Shown in pieces: positions 23,065 to 32,040 of a stretch of 56,015 nt of DNA. The notes under the pieces are model-generated. The model was not told where the DNA came from. It saw nothing but the letters and a program-made list of their open reading frames with translations, and did not search any database. The DNA is from Nitrospirota bacterium (lineage in GTDB: Bacteria > JACPQY01). Both the position numbers and the translations under genes were made by a program. Location of the stretch: assembly GCA_016180645.1 (NCBI GenBank), contig JACPAV010000023.1:1-56015 (forward strand), in the 5' to 3' direction. How positions within the stretch are numbered: position 1 is the first letter of the stretch; each line of letters starts with the position of its first letter.

Positions 23065-23670
23065 ATGTCCAAGCGATTCGACGATTCGAGCAGGTACAAA
23101 TTCTGCCTGATGTGCGGATCTCCCTTCGAGCGAAAGATCCTCAAGGACGGCGACCCGGCCCGTCTCGTTTGCACGCGATGCGACTACACGTATTTCGTCG
23201 ATCCCAAGATCGCCTCCGTGGCGGTTTTTCAATCGAACGGCGGCATTGTCATGGCGCGACGCGGGATCGAGCCTTCCTTGGGCAAGTGGGTCTGCCCCGG
23301 CGGCTTCGTCGAGCGCGGGGAGTCCCCGGCGCAAACCTGCGTTCGGGAGACCCAGGAGGAAGCGGGCGTCACGATCGAGGTCACCGATCTTGTAAACGTG
23401 TATTCCTATCCAGAGAGCATCGTGATCGTCGTCGTTTACGCCGCCAAAATCCTGAAGGGAATTCCCGCGGCAGGCGACGAAACATTGGAAGTGGGGATCT
23501 TCTCGCCAGACAAGATCCCATGGCCGGACCTCGCCTTCCCGAGCACGCGGGATTCGCTGAGGGATTATCTCCGTCATCCTTCCCGCTCCTGCTTCGACGG
23601 CGCTCAGCACGAGCAGGAGAAACCGCTCACCCTGAGCCTGTCGAAGGGTGAGCGCAACATGAAGTGCTAG
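23065..23670 (+). CDS. NUDIX hydrolase with N-terminal zinc ribbon
   Basis: CLMC...CTRC zinc ribbon; GGFVERGESPAQTCVRETQEEAG Nudix box; the tail appears repeat-derived. Confidence 0.92.
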   Translation: MSKRFDDSSRYKFCLMCGSPFERKILKDGDPARLVCTRCDYTYFVDPKIASVAVFQSNGGIVMARRGIEPSLGKWVCPGGFVERGESPAQTCVRETQEEAGVTIEVTDLVNVYSYPESIVIVVVYAAKILKGIPAAGDETLEVGIFSPDKIPWPDLAFPSTRDSLRDYLRHPSRSCFDGAQHEQEKPLTLSLSKGERNMKC

Positions 23671-23683
23671 AGGAATCTCAATC

Positions 23684-25051
23684 ATGTTTGAAGCGCTGAC
23701 CGACCGGTTCGACCGACTCTTCCGAAAATTCGCGGACCGGAAAACCCTCTCCGAAAAGGAAGTCCGGCAATTCCTCGATGAACTGCGCGGCGTCCTCCTC
23801 GCGGGCGACGTCCATCTCGACGTGGTCAAGAAGGTCGTCGAGGACCTGGGCAAGTCGGCCCTCGATCAGGCGAAAATCGCCGGCGTCACGGCCACGGAAC
23901 AACTCCTTTCCCTCGTCGGCCGGCATCTGGTCGATCTTCTCGGAGGGCAGGCTCGAAAAATCTCTTTCTTACCGGAGGAACCGAAGGTCGTCATGCTGGT
24001 CGGACTCCAAGGCACCGGCAAGACCACCACCGCGGCCAAGCTCGCCCGGCTCTCACAGCGGCAGGGCTGCAAGCCGATCCTCGTGGCGCTGGACTGGAAA
24101 CGGCCCGCCGCCATCGAGCAGTTGGAGGTCCTCGGACGACGTTTGGGCGTCCCCGTCTTCCGTCCGGCCGAGAAGCATCGACACCTAGAAGACGCCGTGC
24201 GCGATGCCCTCGCGCTTGCCCGCGAACAAGCACTCACCCCCGTCATTCTGGACACCGCGGGCCGCCTGCACGTGGACCAGGAGCTGATGGATGAACTGAA
24301 ACGGATCCGGGAGATCGCCCAGCCCGCGGAAATTCTTTTCGTAGCGGACGGCGCCGTCGGACAGGACGCGGCCGTGCAGGCCCGCACCTTCCACGAATCC
24401 ATCGGCATCACGGGTGTCATCCTCACCAAGCTGGACGGTGACGCGCGCGCAGGCGCGGCCCTTTCCATCTCCTCGGTGACCGGAAAGCCCATCGTGTGGA
24501 CCGGCGTGGGCGAGGAACTCGACGCCCTCGAAGAGTTCCACCCGGAACGGATGGCTTCGCGCATCCTCGGCTACGGCGACCTCCAGACGCTGTTCGAAAA
24601 AGTTCAGGAGCGCGTGAGCGCCGAGAAGGAGGCGCGATTCAAGGACATGATGGCTTCCGGCCGATTTACGCTGGACGATTTCCGGGAGCAGATCCAGCAG
24701 GTCACGTCTTTCGGGCCGCTCGAAAGTGTGCTAAAACTCATCCCTGGAGTCGGCAAGATGCTCCGAGGAGGAGCCGACATGTCCAAGGCCGAGAAGGACC
24801 TCAAGCGGACACTGGCCGTGATAGACTCCATGACCCGAAAGGAGCGCGCCCAGCCTGTTCTCTTGGACGGACGGCGCAGACGCCGCATCGCCAAGGGAAG
24901 CGGGACGAAGGTGGAGGACGTCAATCGGGTATTGAATCAGTACGGCATGTTCAAGAAGATGTTTCTCGACATGTCGAAACGCGGGCCCGCGGCCTTCGAG
25001 CAGGACGATATGATGAAAGCGCTCGGAAGCCGGATGGGCATGAGAATGTGA
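23684..25051 (+). CDS. ffh: Signal recognition particle protein
   Basis: GLQGTGKTT, DTAGR, TKLDG motifs; Met-rich M domain with RIAKGSG. Confidence 0.97.
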   Translation: MFEALTDRFDRLFRKFADRKTLSEKEVRQFLDELRGVLLAGDVHLDVVKKVVEDLGKSALDQAKIAGVTATEQLLSLVGRHLVDLLGGQARKISFLPEEPKVVMLVGLQGTGKTTTAAKLARLSQRQGCKPILVALDWKRPAAIEQLEVLGRRLGVPVFRPAEKHRHLEDAVRDALALAREQALTPVILDTAGRLHVDQELMDELKRIREIAQPAEILFVADGAVGQDAAVQARTFHESIGITGVILTKLDGDARAGAALSISSVTGKPIVWTGVGEELDALEEFHPERMASRILGYGDLQTLFEKVQERVSAEKEARFKDMMASGRFTLDDFREQIQQVTSFGPLESVLKLIPGVGKMLRGGADMSKAEKDLKRTLAVIDSMTRKERAQPVLLDGRRRRRIAKGSGTKVEDVNRVLNQYGMFKKMFLDMSKRGPAAFEQDDMMKALGSRMGMRM

Positions 25052-25058
25052 GGATGTG

Positions 25059-25319
25059 ATGTCAGTTGCAATTCGGATGAGACGCATCGGCCGCAGAGGA
25101 ATCCCGAAGTATCGGATCGTGGCGACGCCCACCCGCTCGAAGCGAGACGGCCGCTACCTGGAAAACCTCGGCACGTTCAACCCCAAAGACAAGAAGGGGG
25201 GACTCCTTCTGAGGATGGACGCGTACGAGAAGTGGATTCAGAAGGGCGCCGTGCCGTCCGTCCTGCTCAAGAAGCTCTATACTCAGCTGAAGAAACAGCA
25301 AGCCGCAACCGCAGCGTAA
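25059..25319 (+). CDS. rpsP: 30S ribosomal protein S16
   Basis: [13 protein letters not shown] and [14 protein letters not shown] motifs. Confidence 0.96.
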   Translation: MSVAIRMRRIGRRGIPKYRIVATPTRSKRDGRYLENLGTFNPKDKKGGLLLRMDAYEKWIQKGAVPSVLLKKLYTQLKKQQAATAA

Positions 25320-25426
25320 ACTCGGACCTCCGGGGACCTCCAGGAGGGAGGAAGTGCCGCAAGAGGGCAAGAGCACGGAGCGGCCGAGCGGCGGGGCGGA
25401 CCATTCGGATCGAGATGGAGGTGGAT

Positions 25427-25672
25427 ATGGCGGAATCCCCATTGAAGAGCCTGGTTGAAGCGATGACGAAACTCATCGTGGATTATCCTGATAAAGTCGA
25501 AATCAAGGAGATCGAAGGAGAGCAAACGTCCGTCATCGAACTTCGGGTGGCCAAGGAAGACCTTGGGAAGGTCATCGGGAAGGAAGGCCGGACCGCTCAC
25601 GCGATGCGGACGATCCTGGGAGCGGCGTCGAGCCGGGTCAACAAAAGGTCCATCCTGCAAATCTTGGAATAG
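25427..25672 (+). CDS. khpA: KH-domain RNA-binding protein
   Basis: [13 protein letters not shown] motif; RBS GGAGGT; conserved position after rpsP. Confidence 0.92.
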   Translation: MAESPLKSLVEAMTKLIVDYPDKVEIKEIEGEQTSVIELRVAKEDLGKVIGKEGRTAHAMRTILGAASSRVNKRSILQILE

Positions 25673-25677
25673 CCCGG

Positions 25678-25736
25678 CCCCTCACCCCGTCCCTCTCCCT
25701 TGCGGGGAGAGAGTGACCGGAGGTCGGGTGAGGGTT
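25678..25736. repeat. REP-like palindrome between khpA and trmD
   Basis: CCCTCACCC...CTCTCCCTTGCGGGGAGAG...GGGTGAGGG nested inverted repeats. Confidence 0.7.
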
Positions 25737-25748
25737 GGCTCCTCTCCC

Positions 25749-26498
25749 ATGCGTTTCGACATCCTCACCCTCTTCCCCGGCATGTTCGAGTCCTATCTCC
25801 GGGAGAGCATCCTGAAGCGCGCGCAGGATGGGGGAAAGATCGAGATCGGCATTTGGAACATTCGCGACTATTCGACCGACAAGCACCACACAACAGACGA
25901 TTCCCCCTTCGGCGGCGGGGCGGGAATGGTGCTGAAACCCGAACCGATCGCAGATGCGCTGGAAGCCGTGCGCCGGAACACGGGAGCCGGACGGACCATC
26001 CTGCTGAGCCCGCGCGGATGCCTTTTCACCCAGGAGATCGCCCGGAGGCTCGCCTCAAATTCGCACCTCATCCTCCTGTGCGGCCGGTATGAGGGAGTGG
26101 ACGAAAGAGTTTCCACCTCACTGGTCGATGAGGAGATTTCCATCGGAGACTACGTACTGAGCGGCGGCGAATTGGCGGCTCTCGTGGTGCTCGAAAGCGT
26201 TGCGCGACTATTGCCCGGCGTCCTGGGTGCGGCCGACGGACCCTTGCACGATTCCTTCACGGAGGGGCTCCTGGAACATCCCCAATACACCCGGCCACGC
26301 GAGTTCGGAGGCCACAGCGTACCGGACGTTCTCCTGGACGGCGATCACAAGAAAATCGAGGCCTGGCGCCGTCAGCAAAGCCTGATCGCCACCGCCCGAA
26401 CCCGGCCCGATCTTCTGCCCCACGCCCATCTGACCGATGAGGATGTTGCATTCTTGCGAGAACAAGGGTATGAAGTACTCCCTCGGAAGAAAGGATGA
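25749..26498 (+). CDS. trmD: tRNA (guanine-N1)-methyltransferase
   Basis: MRFDILTLFP, GRYEGVDER, SIGDYVLSGGE and YTRP motifs. Confidence 0.97.
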   Translation: MRFDILTLFPGMFESYLRESILKRAQDGGKIEIGIWNIRDYSTDKHHTTDDSPFGGGAGMVLKPEPIADALEAVRRNTGAGRTILLSPRGCLFTQEIARRLASNSHLILLCGRYEGVDERVSTSLVDEEISIGDYVLSGGELAALVVLESVARLLPGVLGAADGPLHDSFTEGLLEHPQYTRPREFGGHSVPDVLLDGDHKKIEAWRRQQSLIATARTRPDLLPHAHLTDEDVAFLREQGYEVLPRKKG

Positions 26499-26510
26499 CG
26501 GTGACCGACC

Positions 26511-26954
26511 ATGAAAGCTATCCAACTCGCGGAACAGGCCCATTTGAAGGTCCGCGGAACGGCCTTCCGTGTGGGCGATGCCGTCAGCATTCATTTTCGA
26601 ATCCGCGAAGGTGACAAGGAAAGGATTCAGCAGTTCCAGGGCGTCGTCACGCGCAAGCGCGGCTCTGGAATGGGGCAGACCTTCACCGTTCGCAAAGTCT
26701 CCTTCGGCGTAGGCGTCGAACGGACTTTCCCCTTTCACTCTCCCCTCATCGAGAAAATCGATCTCGTCAGCCGCGCGAAGGTTCGCCGCTCGCGCCTCTA
26801 CTACCTCCGCAAACTCAAGGGGCGGAAGGCGCGGCTGAAGGAATCCGTTCTCCAGATGGCCGTGGCCGAAAAGCCGCCCGTGACCACCGAGGAGATCCAG
26901 GCCGAAGTCGCCGCCGCCGAGGCCGCGGTTCCCTCCTCCGAAGGAAAAGCCTAG
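26511..26954 (+). CDS. rplS: 50S ribosomal protein L19
   Basis: [19 protein letters not shown] and [11 protein letters not shown] motifs. Confidence 0.97.
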   Translation: MKAIQLAEQAHLKVRGTAFRVGDAVSIHFRIREGDKERIQQFQGVVTRKRGSGMGQTFTVRKVSFGVGVERTFPFHSPLIEKIDLVSRAKVRRSRLYYLRKLKGRKARLKESVLQMAVAEKPPVTTEEIQAEVAAAEAAVPSSEGKA

Positions 26955-26964
26955 CTCCTACTCC

Positions 26965-27351
26965 TTGGCGTTCTTCCGCCGCCTCCGGGTCCTATCAAAG
27001 AAGGATGTCGGCGACGAAGGCGAGACCCTGGCCGTCCGATTCCTCAAGCAGAATGGCTATCGCATCCTGGTTCGAAACTACCGATGCGCCCTCGGTGAGA
27101 TCGACATCGTCGCCCTCCACGACAAAACGATTTCCTTCGTAGAAGTGAAATCGCGCCGATCCGCCCGGTTCGGGCCGGCGGCCGCGGCCGTGACGCCCCG
27201 GAAACAGGGGCAAATCATCAAGGCGGCGCAAGCCTACCTCGCGTCCGGAAAATGGGATGGATTCGATTTCAGGTTTGACGTGGTGGCCATCGATTGGCAG
27301 AATGACCGCCCGATGATCCAACACATCGCGGGGGCCTTCGAGACCCCATGA
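26965..27351 (+). CDS. YraN (UPF0102) family endonuclease-like protein
   Basis: GEIDIV, FVEVKSR and RFDVVAI motifs. Confidence 0.92.
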   Translation: MAFFRRLRVLSKKDVGDEGETLAVRFLKQNGYRILVRNYRCALGEIDIVALHDKTISFVEVKSRRSARFGPAAAAVTPRKQGQIIKAAQAYLASGKWDGFDFRFDVVAIDWQNDRPMIQHIAGAFETP

Positions 27352-27626
27352 CCGAAGAGAAAAAAGGAAATCTTTTCACCCTCCTCACCTCCTTCAAGAA
27401 GGAGGCCCCCAAGCTCCTGAACAAGGCGATGGAGAATCCGAAGGAGGCCCTGGCCGCCGTCGGGATCGGCCTCGCCGCGATCTTCATTCTGAGCAATTTC
27501 GATGTGAAGAAGAACCTTCAGATCATCGACTGGGACATCGTCCGCGTCAGCTTCTCAACGGTCATCCTGATTTCCTTCGCCGCGGGTGCGCTGGCGGCGT
27601 GGTATTTTCTTCGGAAGAAATCGTAG
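27348..27626 (+). CDS. Small membrane protein (LapA/DUF1049-like)
   Basis: Two TM helices around FILSN; overlaps yraN by ATGA. Confidence 0.6.
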   Translation: MTEEKKGNLFTLLTSFKKEAPKLLNKAMENPKEALAAVGIGLAAIFILSNFDVKKNLQIIDWDIVRVSFSTVILISFAAGALAAWYFLRKKS

Positions 27627-27698
27627 TAAGTTGTCAATGCTCAATTATCAATGGGTTGTTCAAGCACTGAACATTGATAACTGACCACTGAGCATTTC

Positions 27699-28376
27699 CT
27701 ACTGAAACGCCTGCGCCCCCTCCGGCACGTATCGTTCCGGGTGTTCGACTCGATCTTTCAGGGCCTGAACGAAACGCACGGCCATGGCGGTAAGCACGCC
27801 CATCTCCACTTCGGGGTGAGTCCTCAGCAAAAGCCTCACGCCAAATCCCAGCGTGCGCAGGTCTGCATGGAAGCGATAGAAGGCGGCGGTGTGCTTCTGC
27901 GTCCCGGCGCCCGACACCGAGTCCGAAAGCGGCACAAGATTCCAACCGCCCCGCGATCCGGCGAAATCTCCACGAAGATACGTCCAGTCGAGGCTCCATT
28001 TGTCCCGATCCAGGATAACTTCATCGGTGGTATCGACACCAACGGAGAGAACTGAAAACTTGATCTTCATCCGGAAGTTGACGATGGACTTGTTGCCGTC
28101 TTTCTTGAGCACCCGGACTTCTTCGGTGTGGGGGGCGAACTTTTCGTAGTCGTCCAGATTGTTGAGCACCTCCCAGATCGCTTCGGGAGGCGCGTGGATG
28201 ATCGTGCCGGCCAGGGTCCAGGTGATATTCCCGAATTCGTCCTGCTCAAGACTAAGGAGCGGGCCTTTTCGGAGTAGAGTGTCGATTGTGGCATGGTCCA
28301 CAGGTTCGAGCGTGAAGGCCCGGCCCGCCGCAGGCATGGCCAGGAACAGAAGCAGAATGAAGCCCACCCATCCCAT
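27699..28376 (-). CDS. Exported SRPBCC/START-fold protein
   Basis: Signal peptide; IHAPPEAIWEVLNNLDDYEKFAP and GDF...GGW motifs. Confidence 0.8.
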   Translation of the reverse strand: MGWVGFILLLFLAMPAAGRAFTLEPVDHATIDTLLRKGPLLSLEQDEFGNITWTLAGTIIHAPPEAIWEVLNNLDDYEKFAPHTEEVRVLKKDGNKSIVNFRMKIKFSVLSVGVDTTDEVILDRDKWSLDWTYLRGDFAGSRGGWNLVPLSDSVSGAGTQKHTAAFYRFHADLRTLGFGVRLLLRTHPEVEMGVLTAMAVRFVQALKDRVEHPERYVPEGAQAFQ

Positions 28377-28396
28377 GGGCCTCAAGTGTAGCACAG

Positions 28397-28807
28397 CTAT
28401 TCTTCCTCCGCTCCCTTGGCGGGTTTCTGCCAGAATTGCACCAGGATGCCGAACGCGGATTTGGGGTGAATGAAGGCGGTCTTCCAGCCGCCCATCTCCC
28501 ACCGGTCCACCACCCGGATGCCGTCCTTTTCCAATCGCGACACAACCGCATCGAGGTCGTCCACGTACAGCGTGATGTGATGAAATCCCGTGCCCCTTTT
28601 CTCGATGTATTTCTTCACGAAGCTTTCGTGCCCCCCGTCCTCGAGAAGCTCAATTTTGAAATCACCGATCTTCAGATTGGCGAAGTTGAACCGCCCGTCG
28701 TACCCCGGCGTGCGGCTCGTGCCCACTTTGGCCTCCAGGTACTTCGTGAAGAACTCGACGGCCTTCTCGATGTCCTCGACGGCAAATGCAATGTGATCGA
28801 CTTTCAT
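28397..28807 (-). CDS. VOC family protein, methylmalonyl-CoA epimerase-like
   Basis: DHIAFAV, IELLE, GFHHI and FIHPKSAFGILVQF motifs. Confidence 0.85.
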   Translation of the reverse strand: MKVDHIAFAVEDIEKAVEFFTKYLEAKVGTSRTPGYDGRFNFANLKIGDFKIELLEDGGHESFVKKYIEKRGTGFHHITLYVDDLDAVVSRLEKDGIRVVDRWEMGGWKTAFIHPKSAFGILVQFWQKPAKGAEEE

Positions 28808-28822
28808 CTCATGAGCCCCCAT

Positions 28823-29515
28823 TCAGGAAGGCGAACGAGGCAACTCGGCGGCGCCGGGAAGGAGGTCGGCAAAGACGAAGCCATCGCGTTCGACCACTTC
28901 ACCGGATCGAATGGAAACCGGCTCCCTGAACATTGGGCCGGCGTAGGCGAAGGAGTGGAATTCCCCTTTCTCGCCGCAGGGATCGACGCCGGCGGGGAAA
29001 TCTGAAAGGAGCGCGGAGTCGAATTCGCGCCCGGCGAAGGCGGCCGAAAGGACTTTCGGATCAATGCACGTCAGCCGCGCGCGAAGCCCGCCGGAAATCA
29101 TGTCCCGCGCGAGCCGATCGGTGGGAATCTGCCAGAGTGGGAAAACCGGCTGAAGCCCGGTCCCGGCCAGTTGCTCCTCGCGATAGCGGCGCACGTCCTC
29201 CAGGAAGAGGTCCCCGAAGGCCACGCCCTCGATTCCCTCGCGCACGGCCCTTTCGCATGCCGTTCTCATCCTGCTTTCGTATTCCTCGTTGGGGCACGGC
29301 CAGGGGAGCGGAACGGGCCAGAGGGGTAGGCCCGCGGAGGCGGCCTGCGCTTCCAAAAGCTCGCGACGAACCGCGTGCATCGCGACTCGGTCGAACGCCT
29401 CGTTGACCGTCGTCAGCAGGCCGGCGATTTGGAATTCACCCGACTGCCGCAAAACGTGGAGGGTCCACGCGCTGTCTTTTCCGCTGCTCCAGGAGAGAAG
29501 AATCTTTCTTGCCAT
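28823..29515 (-). CDS. Adenine nucleotide alpha hydrolase (PP-loop, diphthamide synthase-like)
   Basis: SWSSGKDS, FGDLFLEDVRRYRE and DPCGEKGEFH motifs. Confidence 0.92.
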   Translation of the reverse strand: MARKILLSWSSGKDSAWTLHVLRQSGEFQIAGLLTTVNEAFDRVAMHAVRRELLEAQAASAGLPLWPVPLPWPCPNEEYESRMRTACERAVREGIEGVAFGDLFLEDVRRYREEQLAGTGLQPVFPLWQIPTDRLARDMISGGLRARLTCIDPKVLSAAFAGREFDSALLSDFPAGVDPCGEKGEFHSFAYAGPMFREPVSIRSGEVVERDGFVFADLLPGAAELPRSPS

Positions 29516-29562
29516 CGACGGTTTTGACGATTCAGCTCGCAGCGTGTACAAGGGTCCGATCC

Positions 29563-29841
29563 ATGGCGAACGAAATCGGGTATTGGGCCAGCGTCATTTT
29601 GCCGTTCTTCAATCTACCGCTCATCTGGCACCTGGTCCGGCGCAAAAGCTCGCAGGACATCAGCCTGACGTGGGCCGGGGGCGTGTGGGCGTGCATCGTC
29701 CTCATGACGCCGAGAGCGATTTCCTCACCGGATGCGGCCTTCCGGGTTTTCGGTTGGCTCAACATCGTCCTTTTCTCGGTGGTGGCTGGCCTGGTGTTCT
29801 GGCTTCGAGTCCGGAACCCCGCGAAGCCGCCTTCTAGCTGA
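29563..29841 (+). CDS. PQ-loop/SemiSWEET-like small membrane protein
   Basis: Three TM helices with LPLI...RRKSSQDIS loop. Confidence 0.7.
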   Translation: MANEIGYWASVILPFFNLPLIWHLVRRKSSQDISLTWAGGVWACIVLMTPRAISSPDAAFRVFGWLNIVLFSVVAGLVFWLRVRNPAKPPSS

Positions 29842-30070
29842 GAAGCGGAATCAGCCGGTCGAGAGCCTCGCGAACGCGTTCGGCCTCGCCCTTCTTCAGC
29901 CGGCCGAGCGCGGCAAACGATTCCATTCCGTCCTTCTTCCGAACGATCCGCGTGAATCCGATCTTTTTCTCGCCACCGTTGTAGCTGTAGACGCCCGCCC
30001 GGATCCGCGCGCCGTCCACATCGATCATTTCTTCGTTGATCGCCTTATCTTTTTCAGGTTCGTATGCCAT
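29834..30070 (-). CDS. Small conserved hypothetical protein, possibly PC4-like ssDNA-binding fold
   Basis: RBS AGGAGG before MAYEPEKDK; VYSYNGGEKKI...LGRL pattern. Confidence 0.6.
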   Translation of the reverse strand: MAYEPEKDKAINEEMIDVDGARIRAGVYSYNGGEKKIGFTRIVRKKDGMESFAALGRLKKGEAERVREALDRLIPLLS

Positions 30071-30147
30071 GAAAACCTCCTGCGCCTTCCGCGCCTTTGT
30101 GTCTCCCACACTTGAAGCCTGCTTGGGGCTTCCAACGATATTGCAGG

Positions 30148-30201
30148 GTAGCCGCAGGCTTCAGCCTGCGACAAAGAACGCGGCCTAAAGGCCGCGGCTA
30201 C
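30148..30201. repeat. GTAG-type REP doublet, copy 1
   Basis: GTAGCCGCAGGCTTCAGCCTGCG...CGCGGCCTAAAGGCCGCGGCTAC; related copy at 54276. Confidence 0.8.
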
Positions 30202-30271
30202 CAAGTTCCAATCACCAAAGGGTCTTTGCGGCGCAATCCTAGCCCCAACACGCGACTTTTCGCAAGGAAGG

Positions 30272-31663
30272 TCAGGCGGCGAAGGTCTCGACTCGGTCGC
30301 GGCCGTTCCGTTTGGCCAGATACAGCGCCTGATCCGCCTGCTGAATCAGTTCGGCCTTGTCCCGCGGCCGGCCCGAGGCGATGGAACTGACCCCGGCGCT
30401 CGCGCGCACTTCCACCGGGAGCCCTTCCCGTAGGAATCGAGTCCCCTTGATCCCTTCGCGGAGCCGTTCCGCCATTTTCACCGCGCCTTCGAGATCGGTT
30501 TCCGGGAGGACAAGGATGAATTCCTCTCCCCCGTAACGGCCGGAGATGTCCGCCTGACGGCAAAGCTGTCGGATGTTCCAACCGACCGAGACCAGCACTT
30601 TGTCGCCAAAGAGGTGGCCGTACTTGTCGTTGATGAGCTTGAAATGATCCAGATCCACCATGACTACCGAAAGATCGCGATTGTATCGCGCGGCGGTGTT
30701 GAACAAGGCGTCCATCTCAAGCTGAAACGTCGCGTGGTTCAGGAGTCCGGTGAGTGAGTCCCTACGGGATAATTCCTGGGCGCGCTCGTGCATGAGGATG
30801 TTGTTGACGACGAGCGCGAGCTGGTCGCTCATCCGCGAGACGTTTAGTTGGTCCATGGGATCGAAAGATCCGTCCTGGAGGTCATTGAGATTCAGCACCC
30901 CGATGGCGGACCCTTGTTCCAGGAGCAGCGGGTAGGAAGCGGCGAATGATTGGGTGTACTTCACCTCTTCGGAGCCGGTGGGGAAATCGAGTTTCGAGTA
31001 GTCCGACACGATGACCGGGAGGCCGGATTTGACGGCCTGTGACATCATCCCCGGCCGTTCAACGTCCACATACTGATCGAGCGGAGGCGACGGGTGGTTG
31101 TCCGCCCAGTGTTCAAGAATCTCGCCTTGCGTGGTCAAGACATAGAGCGAGAAGAGATTCACTCCGAGGAGCGCCGGGAGATCGGCCTTGAGCGTTTCGG
31201 ATAGCTTGGAACGGTCGAGGACCGTCACATGCCGGCTGAATTCCGCAAATTGCCGGGCCCGTTCGAGGTTGGCCTTCAGTTGTTCGGTCAGATCCCTTGC
31301 CCGAAGGTGGGCCCGGACCCGGGCGATGAGCTCTTTCGGCTCAACGGGCTTGGTGAGGAAATCATCTGCGCCGGCGTCCAACCCCTGCACTTTGGTCGGC
31401 AGATCCTCGCTGCCGGAGAGGATGAGAATCGGGATATCGCCGTGAGCCGGGTCCACCCGCATCCGGGAGAGAACGTCGAATCCGGTGAGGCCCGGCATCC
31501 GGAGGTCAAGTAGAACCATGTGCGGCGGGTCCTTCTTAAACTTGGCCATCGCCTCGGCGCCGTCGGAGGCCGAGTCGACGGTGTATCCTTTCGATCTCAG
31601 CACCTCCCCAAGCACGTCAAGGTTGGTAGCGTTGTCATCCACCACCAGGATCTTGGCGCTCAT
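30272..31663 (-). CDS. Diguanylate cyclase (REC-GAF-GGDEF)
   Basis: Receiver (LLDLRMP), GAF-like middle region, intact GGEEF with RQAD I-site five residues upstream. Confidence 0.93.
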   Translation of the reverse strand: MSAKILVVDDNATNLDVLGEVLRSKGYTVDSASDGAEAMAKFKKDPPHMVLLDLRMPGLTGFDVLSRMRVDPAHGDIPILILSGSEDLPTKVQGLDAGADDFLTKPVEPKELIARVRAHLRARDLTEQLKANLERARQFAEFSRHVTVLDRSKLSETLKADLPALLGVNLFSLYVLTTQGEILEHWADNHPSPPLDQYVDVERPGMMSQAVKSGLPVIVSDYSKLDFPTGSEEVKYTQSFAASYPLLLEQGSAIGVLNLNDLQDGSFDPMDQLNVSRMSDQLALVVNNILMHERAQELSRRDSLTGLLNHATFQLEMDALFNTAARYNRDLSVVMVDLDHFKLINDKYGHLFGDKVLVSVGWNIRQLCRQADISGRYGGEEFILVLPETDLEGAVKMAERLREGIKGTRFLREGLPVEVRASAGVSSIASGRPRDKAELIQQADQALYLAKRNGRDRVETFAA

Positions 31664-32040
31664 GCCGCCGCCTTTGCGTTCAGCGCGCGCCGCACGGCGG
31701 CCAGTACTTCTTTCGGTTCACAGGGCTTGGTCAGGAAATCGGCGCAGCCGGCGCGCAGGGCTTTCTCGCGATCCGCCACGTAGGCGTGCGCGGTGATCCC
31801 GATGACCGGGGTCGATCGCATTTCGGGATTCAGGTGAATTCGGCGGGCGGCCTCCCATCCGTCGATGACCGGGAGGGAATAATCCATCAGGATTACGTCC
31901 GGGCGATGGGCGAGCGCCGTCTCGACTCCTCGCGCGCCGTCCTCCGCCACCACAACTTCGAATCCACTCGCCTCGAGCAAGGTCGTCCAGATGTCGCGCG
32001 TGTCGGGATTGTCTTCCACCACGAGCACCTTGGCCATCAT
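31660..32040 (-). CDS. Single-domain response regulator (DivK-like)
   Basis: VVEDN, ILMDYSLPVIDGWEA and TKP motifs. Confidence 0.93.
   Translation of the reverse strand: MMAKVLVVEDNPDTRDIWTTLLEASGFEVVVAEDGARGVETALAHRPDVILMDYSLPVIDGWEAARRIHLNPEMRSTPVIGITAHAYVADREKALRAGCADFLTKPCEPKEVLAAVRRALNAKAAA

Noticed and set aside
25320-25420. Structured RNA between rpsP and khpA
   Set aside because: GC-rich with possible small hairpins but no recognisable family motif.
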